61,337 nt of DNA from Myxococcota bacterium (GCA_023150835.1 JAKLKB010000023.1:1-61337), one strand, 5' to 3'; positions 1 through 9,874 are shown, counted from the first letter of the stretch. Made by a program: numbers and translations. Notes: generated by a model from the letters alone, not told the origin.

Positions 1-3000
1 TTGGTGAGGTTTTTGCCGTAGACATAGAAGTTGCTGTTGGCACCGGGTCGGATGGTGTTGGTGTAGTAGTGACCTGTGGAAGTGCTTGTGGTGACCATCG
101 TGATGCGGATACCTTCGCCGTTGGTGACGGTGAGGAAGCGGGGGGTACTTTGGGTGCCGCTGGGATTTTTGAGGACAACAGGCACGATGCCGGGTTGGGC
201 GAAGTTGACTTTTTCCAATTCAAAGTAGGTGTAGCCAAGGAAAGAGGTTTCGGTTTTGGAGATCTTGATGGGCTGACCGCCGACCAAGATCTCACCCGCC
301 GCACCGAGTCCACCACCGAGATCAAAGCCCGTTGCGACGACGCGCATCACGCTGTCTTTGCCGATCAGCGGGGCGTTTGCATCGCTGGTGGAAGACGAGC
401 CGTACATGGAGACGATGCCGAGTTCTTCGGTACCCCATTGGCCGGGGCCGATCACGCGCATCTTGATGGTGTTGCTCTTGGTGCCAGCGGTGCTTTGAAG
501 CTGAACAGGCGCAAGACCGGGAGTGAGGGTGTTGAAGTTGCTGTTGCTCCATGAGAACGATTGAAGCTGGTAAGGCGTTTTGCTCGAAGTGCTGAAGTTG
601 AGGTCAGAAGTACCGCTCTTGATGGGATTTCCTGCGCCATCGAGGATCTTGTGGGTGGTGGCGAAGTCGTAGCCCCAAAGATAGAAGGTCAAACTGGTCA
701 GATCGATGGGGATGATCATCGATTCGAGCCAGAGGACGCGGACGCGCTGTTGGGTGTTGATATCGAGGATCGAGGTGTTGGAGCGGCCTTTGTCGTTGGT
801 GACTTCGACAGGAAGTTCAAGACGGGTGTTGGTGCCGAGGGTGATCGGGTAGTCTTTGACGTCGATCACACTGGCGGTTGCGGTGACCGTCACACCTGCA
901 AGCGTCGAGATATCGACGTTGTTGATGTAGACCTTGGTTTTGGTGGTAGAGAAGTTGATGCCGTGGATCTTGAAGGTGATCTTGGCGGGTGGTGTGGCGG
1001 GATTGACCACAAGGGTTGCAGGAGTGACAGGTTGGATGCCCTGAATGGCGGGTGCAAAGGTCGGTTCGGAGGTGGTTGTGCCACCTGCGGGCGCACCGGG
1101 AGCGGGGCTGACAGCCCATGTCCACGTCAATTTGTTCGCAGAGCAGACGGAGGTTCCGCCGAGGGTTCGGCAGGCTTCGACGTCGTAAGTTTGGCCGGCT
1201 GTCAAACCTGCTGGAAGGTCAGAGTCGTCATCATCGAACTGAACGCAGCCTTGGGCCGTTCCGCTGCCGTTGTAGAAGGAAAAGTTATCTTCGTAGTTGA
1301 CGCCGCCGACGAGCGCGCCGTTTTGGTAAAAATTGACGGATGGGTTTTCGGTTGTCGACGAGACGGCGGAGCGGAGGTTTTCGCCGCAGACGTAGATCGT
1401 ATTCCAGCCCGAAGCAGCGAGCATATAGACATGCTCGACTTTGAGCTTGGCGGTTGCTGCGGGGGCTTTGTTGGTCCAAGACACCGCAACCGAGCAGATG
1501 TCGATGCCTCCGACTTTGCGACAGACGCGGACATCGTAGATATCGCCTGCGGTGAGTCCTGTGAAGACGCTACGGGCGGCTTGGACACAACCGCCTGCGA
1601 AGCCGTGTGCGTTGGTGGCCGTTTTTTTGACGATCGAAGTGCCCGACTTCAGGATTTCGATCTCTGGGACTGGATCAGGGCTGATATTTTGGAGGTTGGT
1701 TCCGCAGACGCGCAGATAATATTCTTCGTCGGCGGGGATGGAGTTGATCTTCATAAACTCATCGACTTCAAAAGAGGCTTCGTTAGAAGCCTTTGTGCCG
1801 GGGTTTGTGACGATCACTTTGTAGGTTTTTTTGGTGGTGTAGCTTGTGCCGCTGATGGTGATCAGGCCGCTGTTGACGTAAGTAGGTGTTGCAACGGCGG
1901 TCCCATCGACGGAAACGGTGGCGTTTGGATGGAAGCCTTCGCCGATAATCGAGATTTTCGGAGCAGCGGGAGGAACGGGCGAAGGAGCGATACCCGAGAT
2001 CTTGGGAGTGGGGATCTCGACGGCTTCGATCTCTTGTTTGTTGCTGGCCTTTTTGCAGAGGCCGAGAGCGGTCAGTTCGAGTTTTTTTGTGGCGGTCAGT
2101 GCCGAACCATCGACTTCGACGCTGTAGAGCGTGTCGTTGAGTTTGGTGAGCGTGAGGGGTTTGCCGTCCAAAGAAACGGAAGCGCCTTCGAGATACATGG
2201 CGACGACATAGCCTTGGACTTTGGAGCCGATGAACATCCGACGAGGAGCGATCGAGAGAAGCGCAGGCGTGGAGGTGGTTTCCGTGACAGTAAAGCCGAT
2301 CTCTGCGGGAGTTTTGGTTCCCACGTTGGTGACTTGGAGTTTGTATGCGCCCGCCGCGAGCTTGGTAAAGTCGAATTCAGCGCGAACTTGGGTCATCGAG
2401 AGATAAGTGAGTTTGACGGGAGCAAAGACCTTTGTGGCATCGGTGGCATCGACGAGTTCGACTTTGACACCCGAGAGCATATTGCGCCCGTTGATGACGA
2501 TGGTTTCGCTCGCGCAGTCTTTTCCGATACGGTTGAAGGAGATCCCGTCGATCAGGGCGCTGACGGAAGAGACGCGGAACTTGTAGGCGTCGGAGGCTTT
2601 GCCGTCGGGGTTGGTGACGATCACGTCGTATTCACCGTCGTTGGGGACGGTCAAGACGCCCGAGACTTTTTGATCGGATTCGTACTCGGTTTTGAGGTCT
2701 TTGCCATCGAACTTGATCACGGCACCGCGCACAAAGTTTTTGCCTTGAACGGTGAGGTTGACGATCTGACCTGCGATTACAAGGGCAGGACCGACGTAAG
2801 TGATCTCGGGTTTTTGGCCTTCAACGATATTGAATTCGAGTTCGCTGGTGGCTTTTCCGTCGGGGTTCGTCACTTTGACCTTGGCCTTTTTGGCGGTCTT
2901 TCCGGCAAGATCGATGGTTGCGCGCAAGCGGGTTGCGCTGACGTATTCGACACCCGCGAGATCAGCGCCGTCGAAGTTAACCTTGGCTCCGTAGAGAAAG

Positions 3001-3836
3001 CCCGTTCCGTCAAAGTCGACGGTGAGCTTTGCGCCGATCGCCCCGGAGTTCGGTGTGAGCGTGGTCAATGTGGGGGCAGGGGCTTCTTTGGTCGCGGTGA
3101 TGTAAGCAATCGCGATGCCTTCGCCGCCTTTTCCGTCGGTCACCTTGAGTTCGACGGCGTAGAGTCCGCCTTCGTCGGGTGTAAAGGAGGCTTTGCTTTT
3201 GTCGACATCTTGGAGGGTGGATTTGCTGTTGTCGGGCTTAAAGCGAAAGCTCCAAGCGTAGGTGAGGGTGTCTTTGTCGGCGTCGGTGCTGGTAGAGCCA
3301 TCGAGCGTAACGGCATCGCCCGCTTTGACGGTCGCTTCTGCGGGTGTGATCTTGGCTTCGGGAGGGACGTTGTCTTTGAAGGCTTCGAGCGTCACTTCGA
3401 CAACATCGCCTTGGAGGGTGTCATCGGCGACCTTCAAGGAGATCTTGTAAGGGCCTGCGATATCGGGCTTGATCGTCACTTGAGAAGCCGCAGTATCCGA
3501 AAGACTGGCGGTGCTGCCGTCGGGTTTGGTGGCAAGGCTCCAAGTGTACTTGGGCTTGGGTGAGGTGCTGTAGAAAAGGCTACTTGTTGCGCTAAGGGTG
3601 GCATTTTCGCCGACCTTGGCGCGCAATGCACCCGTGATCTTGCCTTCGGGTTTTTTGCCTTCGGGCTTGACTTCGGCCTTTTGGCATTTCTCTTGGATGC
3701 AAACGAGGGCCTCGACGCAGTCAAAGTTCGTCTTGCAGGCTTCACCTTCGTTTTTCTTGGGGGGATTACAGGCGGCAAGCCATGCGGTGAGCATGACAGT
3801 TGCCGATAGCAGAGACCAGGATTTACGCCACTTCAC
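1..3836 (-). CDS. Giant surface lipoprotein (>=1278 aa, 3' end beyond window start): Cys-rich N-terminal motif, 2 PKD-like domains, multiple IPT/TIG Ig-like domains
   Basis: Not in the ORF track because it has no stop inside the window. Hand translation of the minus strand: GTG at 3836 after AAAGGAG, then MKWRKSWSLLSATVMLTAWLAAC (lipobox), CKTNFDCVEALVCIQEKC, PKD-like VTLDGSTSTDADKDTLTYAWSF, and IPT-like GTGFLYGAKVNFDG...VKVTNPDG repeats, open to position 3 (...NFYVYGKNLT). The + ORFs 69..554 and 561..3563 are its in-register antisense shadows. Confidence 0.9.
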   Translation of the reverse strand, partial: MKWRKSWSLLSATVMLTAWLAACNPPKKNEGEACKTNFDCVEALVCIQEKCQKAEVKPEGKKPEGKITGALRAKVGENATLSATSSLFYSTSPKPKYTWSLATKPDGSTASLSDTAASQVTIKPDIAGPYKISLKVADDTLQGDVVEVTLEAFKDNVPPEAKITPAEATVKAGDAVTLDGSTSTDADKDTLTYAWSFRFKPDNSKSTLQDVDKSKASFTPDEGGLYAVELKVTDGKGGEGIAIAYITATKEAPAPTLTTLTPNSGAIGAKLTVDFDGTGFLYGAKVNFDGADLAGVEYVSATRLRATIDLAGKTAKKAKVKVTNPDGKATSELEFNIVEGQKPEITYVGPALVIAGQIVNLTVQGKNFVRGAVIKFDGKDLKTEYESDQKVSGVLTVPNDGEYDVIVTNPDGKASDAYKFRVSSVSALIDGISFNRIGKDCASETIVINGRNMLSGVKVELVDATDATKVFAPVKLTYLSMTQVRAEFDFTKLAAGAYKLQVTNVGTKTPAEIGFTVTETTSTPALLSIAPRRMFIGSKVQGYVVAMYLEGASVSLDGKPLTLTKLNDTLYSVEVDGSALTATKKLELTALGLCKKASNKQEIEAVEIPTPKISGIAPSPVPPAAPKISIIGEGFHPNATVSVDGTAVATPTYVNSGLITISGTSYTTKKTYKVIVTNPGTKASNEASFEVDEFMKINSIPADEEYYLRVCGTNLQNISPDPVPEIEILKSGTSIVKKTATNAHGFAGGCVQAARSVFTGLTAGDIYDVRVCRKVGGIDICSVAVSWTNKAPAATAKLKVEHVYMLAASGWNTIYVCGENLRSAVSSTTENPSVNFYQNGALVGGVNYEDNFSFYNGSGTAQGCVQFDDDDSDLPAGLTAGQTYDVEACRTLGGTSVCSANKLTWTWAVSPAPGAPAGGTTTSEPTFAPAIQGIQPVTPATLVVNPATPPAKITFKIHGINFSTTKTKVYINNVDISTLAGVTVTATASVIDVKDYPITLGTNTRLELPVEVTNDKGRSNTSILDINTQQRVRVLWLESMIIPIDLTSLTFYLWGYDFATTHKILDGAGNPIKSGTSDLNFSTSSKTPYQLQSFSWSNSNFNTLTPGLAPVQLQSTAGTKSNTIKMRVIGPGQWGTEELGIVSMYGSSSTSDANAPLIGKDSVMRVVATGFDLGGGLGAAGEILVGGQPIKISKTETSFLGYTYFELEKVNFAQPGIVPVVLKNPSGTQSTPRFLTVTNGEGIRITMVTTSTSTGHYYTNTIRPGANSNFYVYGKNLT

Positions 3837-3970
3837 GCGGAAACTCCTTTCTGGCTCAACAACGTTCGTGTCTTTGTCGCGCACTTGATGGGCTTTTTGT
3901 CGGATGACAAAGGCCCGATCGGTCGCAAACAACAAGACGTGGGTGGATATGGAACACTTCGGTGTGCCAT

Positions 3971-3981
3971 CTTATAGCACA
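3971..3981 (-). promoter_or_regulatory. Possible extended -10 element for the giant lipoprotein gene
   Basis: Minus strand reads TGTGcTATAAG about 135 nt upstream of the GTG; no clear -35. Confidence 0.35.
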
Positions 3982-4601
3982 AAGAAAGAGTAAGCTGTTG
4001 GACGTTTTTCTGTGGGGAGAGTGATCTTCCCCCAACCAGAGAGAGCGGGGCTGGGATGAATGCAGGCGAGAGAAACAAACCCATGAGTCGACAATCAAAC
4101 CACCAAAAACACATCAACACCGCAATCCCTCAATCTACAAAAGATGCACATACCTTTCAAAAGGCGCGGCGAAACTGCCTCTTTGTGAGGAAGATGGGCC
4201 ATCTTGCAACACCTCGGCCCACAAAGAAAGTTCTTTGCATACCACGCGATCTTTTTGCAAAGCAAGGCCCCTCACGTCACAGAACCGACACTTTTACACC
4301 AGCAGCATTCTTTCCGCTCCGCGCTGGCGGGCAAGAAAGCTCTTCGGGCGAAGGCGTCAAACAAGCGACAGGGACACGAAATGCCCGTCAAGCCGCAACA
4401 GAACCCATAGATGGTCTGCTGGTTTGGGATGCTAGACTTGCTGAGGTGGGAATTGGTCTCACCGTCGTTGAGGGGGCGGTGTTGTGCCGAGCAGAACGCC
4501 GACGAAGGCTGCGGCTTGTGGAGGAGGGCGTGGTTTTTCCCCGTGTCTGGGGTGCTTTGGAAGCGGGGGAGGAGGAGCGTGTTGAGGCATGAGATGACCC
4601 G

Positions 4602-4630
4602 TTGCGCTTGCAAGGGATCGCTGCTATGCA
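4602..4630 (+). promoter_or_regulatory. Putative sigma70 promoter of gyrA
   Basis: TTGCGC-N17-TATGCA with an extended TG. Confidence 0.4.
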
Positions 4631-4693
4631 AGAGGGCTTCTTGCGCCTTGGGTGCAAGAAGCAAGGCACACAGAGAAAGGACCTGTACAGGAC

Positions 4694-7303
4694 ATGAGTG
4701 ATCTTTCTGTCACCCCAATCAATATCGAAGATGAGATGCAGGTTTCGTATCTCGATTACGCGATGAGCGTGATCATCGGGCGGGCGCTGCCCGATATCCG
4801 TGATGGTTTAAAGCCCGTACATCGGCGCGTTTTGTACGCGATGTTTCGGGAAGGGCTGTTGCACAACCGCAAGTACTCGAAGTGTGCGGGTGTGGTCGGC
4901 GAGGTGTTGAAAAAGTACCATCCTCACGGGGATTCCGCCGTCTATGACACCTTGGTCCGAATGGCGCAGCCTTGGAATATGCGTTATCCGCTGGTGGATG
5001 GGCAAGGAAACTTTGGTTCGATCGATGGGGATGCCGCAGCAGCGTACCGCTACACCGAGTCACGGATGACGCGGTTGGCCGAGATGATGCTCCAAGATAT
5101 CGACAAAGAAACAGTAGACTTTACGGAGAACTTCGACGGTTCAACGATGGAGCCGTTGGTGTTGCCGACGCGCTTTCCAACGCTGTTGGTCAATGGCTCC
5201 GATGGGATCGCGGTGGGGATGGCGACCAAGATCCCACCCCACAACCTGCGCGAAGTGATCAACGCTTGCGTTCTTTTGATCGATGAACCCGAGACCACCA
5301 TCGACGAGCTGGTGATGGGACGACCTGCAACGTCGGATAGACCGGCGATGCCGCCGATCTTGCGTGGTCCCGACTTTCCGACAGGGGGGACGATCCACGG
5401 GCAGCGCGATATCCTCAAAGCCTACAAAGAAGGGCGGGGTATCATCCAGATGCGAGCGACGTGCGAGACCGAGGAAGACGAGCGTTCGGGCCGCAGTCGG
5501 ATCGTTGTGAAAGAGATCCCGTACCAAGTCAATAAAGCCCGTCTTGTCGAGAAGATCGCGGAACTGGTTCGGGAACGAAAGATCGAAGGCATCTCGGATC
5601 TGCGGGATGAATCAAACCGTGAAGGCATCCGCGTGGTGATCGAACTCAAGCGCGACGTGATGCCCGAAGTCGTCCTCAACCAGCTCTACAAACACTCTCC
5701 GCTGCAAAGCTCTTTTGGGATCATCTTCCTCTCGATCTTGCAAGGCCAACCACGATGCCTCGATATCAAGGCGATGTTGGAGCAGTTCATCAACCATCGC
5801 CGCGAAGTGACGATCCGCCGTTGTCGTTATGAGTTGCGCAGAGCCAAAGAACGCGCCCACATCCTCGAAGGCTTGAAGAAAGCACTCGATTACATCGATG
5901 AGATCATCAAGACGATCCGTTCCTCAACGAGCACCGACGAAGCACGCGACCGCTTGATGGCGGGCTTTGACTTCTCCCGCCTCCAAGCCCAAGCCATCCT
6001 CGATCTGCGGCTGCAACGCTTAACGGCCCTTGAGCGCGACAAGATCATCGAAGAACTCACGCAGATCAACATGGAGATCGAGCGGCTGACCAACATCCTC
6101 CAAAACGAGGCCCTTCTGAAAGAGCTGATCAAGCGAGAGCTACAAGAAGTCGGAGATGAGTTTGGCGACGAACGCCGCGCACGCATCGCAGGTTCCTTGC
6201 ACCACATCTCCGAAGAAGACTTGATCGCCGAAGAAGAGATGGTCGTTAACATCACCAACTCCGGCTACATCAAGCGCAACTCGCTGACCGAATACCGCGC
6301 ACAACGTCGTGGTGGCCGTGGAATCGTCGGGATGAACACTCGCGAGGAGGACTTTGTCGTGCAGCTTTTCGTCGCGTCCACCCACGCTCACATGCTGATC
6401 TTGACCAATCTGGGCCGTATGTACCAAACCAAAGTGCATGAGATCCCCAAAGCTTCGCGTACTGCGCTCGGACGACCGATCGTCAACTTGGTCGGCCTCG
6501 AAGAAGGCGAGACGCCGCAAGCCGTCCTGCCGATCAAAGAATTCAAAGAAGGTATGTACTTGTTTTTTGCCACCCGTCGCGGCGTTGTCAAAAAGACCGA
6601 GCTGATGGCCTACGCCAACGTCGCCGTCCGAACGGGCGGACTGATCGCCATCCACATGGACGAGGGCGACGAACTGGTGGGAACCTTGCTGACCGACGGA
6701 AACTGCGAAGTGATCTTGTGTTCGCGCAAAGGGCAAGCGGTGCGTTTCCATGAAAGCGATGTCCGTCCCATCGGTCGAAATGCACGTGGCGTCGCAGGAA
6801 TCAAACTGGACGAAGGCGATCAAGTGGTGTCTCTCGTCGCCACCCAAGAAGACAAAAACCTGCTGACGATCACGGAAAACGGTTATGGCAAGCTGACGCC
6901 TGTCTCCGAATACCGCATCACCAAACGCAACGGAAAAGGCGTGATCACGATCAAGTGCAACGAGCGCAACGGCGATGTCGCCGCAACACTCGAAGTTTCC
7001 GATCAAGATCAACTCATGGTCTCGACCGATACAGGCCGAATTATCCGCTTTGCGGCCAAAGAGATCCGCGTCCAAGGGCGCAATACCCAAGGGGTTCGGC
7101 TGTTTCGCGTCGATGAAGGAGAGCGCATCTCTTCCGTTGCGATCGTCGCTGACGCCACCGAAGAGGATGCACTCGAACCAAGCAAAAACAACGACGAGAT
7201 CGGTGCGCCCGATGCTTCCGTCGAGATCGTTGATCAAAGCTCCACCATCGAGCCTGTCCCAACATCCGACGATCACGAGGAGCTCGACGAACCTCAAGAC
7301 TGA
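4694..7303 (+). CDS. gyrA: DNA gyrase subunit A
   Basis: SYLDYAMSVIIGRALPD, KYHPHGDSAVY, catalytic AAAYRYTE, GyrA-box QRRGGRG, C-terminal beta-pinwheel repeats and an acidic tail. Start moved to ATG 4694. Confidence 0.98.
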   Translation: MSDLSVTPINIEDEMQVSYLDYAMSVIIGRALPDIRDGLKPVHRRVLYAMFREGLLHNRKYSKCAGVVGEVLKKYHPHGDSAVYDTLVRMAQPWNMRYPLVDGQGNFGSIDGDAAAAYRYTESRMTRLAEMMLQDIDKETVDFTENFDGSTMEPLVLPTRFPTLLVNGSDGIAVGMATKIPPHNLREVINACVLLIDEPETTIDELVMGRPATSDRPAMPPILRGPDFPTGGTIHGQRDILKAYKEGRGIIQMRATCETEEDERSGRSRIVVKEIPYQVNKARLVEKIAELVRERKIEGISDLRDESNREGIRVVIELKRDVMPEVVLNQLYKHSPLQSSFGIIFLSILQGQPRCLDIKAMLEQFINHRREVTIRRCRYELRRAKERAHILEGLKKALDYIDEIIKTIRSSTSTDEARDRLMAGFDFSRLQAQAILDLRLQRLTALERDKIIEELTQINMEIERLTNILQNEALLKELIKRELQEVGDEFGDERRARIAGSLHHISEEDLIAEEEMVVNITNSGYIKRNSLTEYRAQRRGGRGIVGMNTREEDFVVQLFVASTHAHMLILTNLGRMYQTKVHEIPKASRTALGRPIVNLVGLEEGETPQAVLPIKEFKEGMYLFFATRRGVVKKTELMAYANVAVRTGGLIAIHMDEGDELVGTLLTDGNCEVILCSRKGQAVRFHESDVRPIGRNARGVAGIKLDEGDQVVSLVATQEDKNLLTITENGYGKLTPVSEYRITKRNGKGVITIKCNERNGDVAATLEVSDQDQLMVSTDTGRIIRFAAKEIRVQGRNTQGVRLFRVDEGERISSVAIVADATEEDALEPSKNNDEIGAPDASVEIVDQSSTIEPVPTSDDHEELDEPQD

Positions 7304-7399
7304 CGTCTTGGGGCGGTGCTTGGTACGATCTCGATCCATCCCATTACAACGGAGAGATCGATCGGTGATGCGCAAATTATCTTGCGAAGCAAAAAATCG

Positions 7400-7428
7400 T
7401 TGACGTGGATGGGGGCCTGTGGTAGAAC
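7400..7428 (+). promoter_or_regulatory. Putative sigma70 promoter of the F0 operon
   Basis: TTGACG-N17-TAGAAC with an extended TG. Confidence 0.6.
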
Positions 7429-7514
7429 GCGACCCCAACGAAGGGTGAGAGATCACAAAAGCGCTTTGGCTTACGCGGATGTTCGCGCTTTTTGAGTCCG
7501 ATCCTGTCCCAACG

Positions 7515-7793
7515 ATGGACGCCCGTATGACCGAAGATCCAAACGAATCAAAAACAACGACCCCACTCTCCAGCAACTCGGCAAGCGAATGGCGACAGGC
7601 GTTGTGGGCGATGGCTGCCGTCCTTGAATTGACGGCAAGCATCCTCGCCTCCGCATGGGTGGGGTTGTGGTTGGATCGCTTCTTTCAAAGCGGCCCGTTT
7701 GGTTTGTTGGGATGTGTCGCGCTCGGAGGCGGCACTGGATTTTGGCTGTTGTGGCGCTTCTCGCGCCCCGCAGATCGCGATCCACGTCCATGA
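7515..7793 (+). CDS. atpZ: AtpZ/ATPase gene-1 family membrane protein
   Basis: ELTASILASAWVGLWLDRFFQSGPFGLL matches the G-x-W-L-D-x-x-F-x-[TS]-x-P pattern; first gene before atpB. Start uncertain (7479, 7515 or 7527). Confidence 0.8.
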   Translation: MDARMTEDPNESKTTTPLSSNSASEWRQALWAMAAVLELTASILASAWVGLWLDRFFQSGPFGLLGCVALGGGTGFWLLWRFSRPADRDPRP

Positions 7794-8467
7794 CTCGCCA
7801 CCCCTTGCGTTTCCTCGCTCTGCTCGAATCAAGTGCTTTACTCTTCGGCTTCGTGATGTCTCTCGCCGCCTGGTGGTGGACTCTTCGTTCCGAAGTGGCC
7901 TTGGCGGCCCTTTTGGGTTCGCTGTTTAGCTCTGGAAATCTTCGCCTCTTGATCTGGAACTGGTCTCCCATGCTTGATGCCGCTCCACCCGCACAAGTCG
8001 CCAAAGAGACCCACTCCCAATCTCCGCCAACGCAAAACGCCGATGATTCGGCGCACAACGTGGGTGCCTCGAACCAAGATACCGAATCTTCGGCGCAGAT
8101 CGTGGATGCCTCGAACCAAGATACCGAATCTTCGGCGCAGATCGTGAATGCCTCGAACCAAGATGTCGAATCTTCGGCGCAGATCGTGAATGCCTCGAAC
8201 CAAGATGCCGAACCTTCGGCGCAGATCGTGGGCATCTCGAACCCACAGGCGGATAACGCAGTGCCTCAAAAGGTGCATTCTTTTGCGCCAGTTCAGCGCT
8301 CGCTGCTTTTGACGGGGCGCTTCTTGTTCAAGCATTTGTTTTTGCTTGGCGGTTTGATCCTGTGCTTGTGGGGGCTAAAGCTCCATGTCGCGGGATTTTC
8401 CTTGGGCCTTGGGAACATCGTGATCGCGATCCTCTTTTCTCCCTTGTTGCCGCAATCGACGGAGTGA
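7790..8467 (+). CDS. atpI: ATP synthase subunit I (AtpI) with an in-frame repeat insertion
   Basis: ATGA overlap with atpZ. Four TM helices with LGSLFSSGNLRLL and RFLFK...GFSLG, lying between atpZ and atpB. Confidence 0.75.
   Translation: MTRHPLRFLALLESSALLFGFVMSLAAWWWTLRSEVALAALLGSLFSSGNLRLLIWNWSPMLDAAPPAQVAKETHSQSPPTQNADDSAHNVGASNQDTESSAQIVDASNQDTESSAQIVNASNQDVESSAQIVNASNQDAEPSAQIVGISNPQADNAVPQKVHSFAPVQRSLLLTGRFLFKHLFLLGGLILCLWGLKLHVAGFSLGLGNIVIAILFSPLLPQSTE
8066..8243 (+). repeat. 42 bp tandem repeat x4 plus partial (ASNQDTESSAQIVN) inside atpI
   Basis: Unit gcctcgaaccaagataccgaatcttcggcgcagatcgtg(g/a)at starts at 8066, 8108, 8150 and 8192. Confidence 0.95.
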
Positions 8468-8474
8468 TTTCTCC

Positions 8475-9200
8475 ATGTTCTCTCTTTTTTTGGCTTCCGG
8501 CGAACACTTTTCGCTCTTTTCTTATTTCCTCAAGATGAACCACGGCTACGTTCATGTGGCGATGGCTGCGACGGTGACGCTGTTGATCGTGTGGCTCTCT
8601 CTCTTGATTCACCGCTCATTCAAGCGCGATCAAGAGATCGGGCGCGATCCACTCGTTCCTGACGACAAACTATCTCTTCGCAACATCGTTGAGATCGGCC
8701 TTGAACGCCTCTATCAAATGTTCCAAAACATCCTTGGCCACGACGCGGAAAAGCACTTTGGGTTGCTTGCAAGCATCTTCTTGTACATCCTGATCAGCAA
8801 CTTCATGGGCCTGATCCCCGGCTTTCTCCCGCCCACCGACAACATGAACACCAACCTCGCTATCGGTTTGGTGGTGTTTTTGTACTACAACTACCAAGGA
8901 TTCAAAGAGTCGGGTGCTGCCTACCTCAAACATTTTATGGGGCCTGTTCTTCCTTTGATCCCCTTGATGTTTGTGATTGAACTCGTCAGCCATATCGTTC
9001 GCCCGATCTCCTTGAGCTTGCGCCTCGCTGGAAACATGACAGGCGATCACCAAGTCCTCGGTGTCTTTTCCAACATGACCCCTTTGCTTGTCCCTGTGAT
9101 CTTTATGGCCCTTGGTTTCCTTGTGTGCTTCCTCCAAGCATTCGTGTTCACGCTGCTTTCGAGCGTTTACATCGCAATGGCCGTTTCCCACGATCATTGA
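8475..9200 (+). CDS. atpB: F0F1 ATP synthase subunit a
   Basis: NFMGLIPG, PPTDNMN and ELVSHIVRPISLSLRLAGNM (essential Arg), LQAFVFTLLS. Confidence 0.97.
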   Translation: MFSLFLASGEHFSLFSYFLKMNHGYVHVAMAATVTLLIVWLSLLIHRSFKRDQEIGRDPLVPDDKLSLRNIVEIGLERLYQMFQNILGHDAEKHFGLLASIFLYILISNFMGLIPGFLPPTDNMNTNLAIGLVVFLYYNYQGFKESGAAYLKHFMGPVLPLIPLMFVIELVSHIVRPISLSLRLAGNMTGDHQVLGVFSNMTPLLVPVIFMALGFLVCFLQAFVFTLLSSVYIAMAVSHDH

Positions 9201-9316
9201 TATCCTTGGTGCATCTTGCTCAAGCAATCCGTTTGAGAGAAAGATCGCCATCTAAAGTCGCATCGCGTCCGTTTTTCGAGACGGATCCGCCTTGAAACAC
9301 TACGGAGATTGTTTAG

Positions 9317-9640
9317 ATGAAAAAGTGGCTTGTTTCTATCGTAACGTTCGTTGTTTGCTTCCTTCCGATGGCTTCGGCTTTTGCAGCAGAGACCAGCAAA
9401 GCAGGTTCTAACGCTGCGGGTTGGGCCATCGCGCTGGCCGCTGGTATCGGTCTGGGGATCGCTGCGTTCGGTGGCGCTCTTGGTCAAGGCCGCGCTGCGG
9501 CCTCTGCCCTCGAAGGGATCGCTCGCAACCCCGAAGCATCCGGCAAACTCTTTCTCCCCCTCATCCTTGGCCTTGCTTTGATCGAATCGCTCGTCATCTA
9601 CGCATTCGTCATCGCACTCCAACTCGTCGGCAAACTCTAA
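9317..9640 (+). CDS. atpE: F0F1 ATP synthase subunit c with an N-terminal signal-like extension
   Basis: GIGLGIAAFGGALGQG, loop ARNPE, LIESLVIYA. Confidence 0.97.
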   Translation: MKKWLVSIVTFVVCFLPMASAFAAETSKAGSNAAGWAIALAAGIGLGIAAFGGALGQGRAAASALEGIARNPEASGKLFLPLILGLALIESLVIYAFVIALQLVGKL

Positions 9641-9652
9641 TCTGCTCCCTCT

Positions 9653-9680
9653 GGGGCAAACGCTGTTTTGCCCCTTCCTT
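9653..9680 (+). terminator. Hairpin after atpE, possible intrinsic terminator
   Basis: ggggcaaa-cgctgt-tttgcccc followed by a pyrimidine run; U-tract is weak. Confidence 0.5.
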
Positions 9681-9788
9681 CCGCCTTATCCCTTCTCTCC
9701 GCCTTATTCGTCCCCCCACAAGATCGCAACCCTCCGTTTCTCGCCAGTCAATCACTTTCTCGTCAAAGCGACACGAGATCCGCCTGTT

Positions 9789-9874
9789 GTGTGATCGTCA
9801 GGACGTAGGGGCAAACCCCCGTGTCTGCCCAATCATAGGACGTTTACGTACTCTCCTTTGTGTACAGATCACTC
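9789..9874 (+). repeat. GTAG-REP/REPIN-like palindromic element, copy 1
   Basis: Core GTAGGGGCAAACCCCCGTGTCTGCCC (9805-9830) within outer stem gtgatc/gatcac; homologous to 17473, 33181 and 61312. Confidence 0.8.

Noticed and set aside
561-3563. 1000 aa + strand ORF (and 69..554)
   Set aside because: In-register antisense shadow of the minus-strand lipoprotein, which has an RBS, lipobox and recognisable domains.
4056-4664. ORFs of 130-178 aa in the lipoprotein-gyrA spacer
   Set aside because: Mutually overlapping, atypical composition, no RBS or motif.
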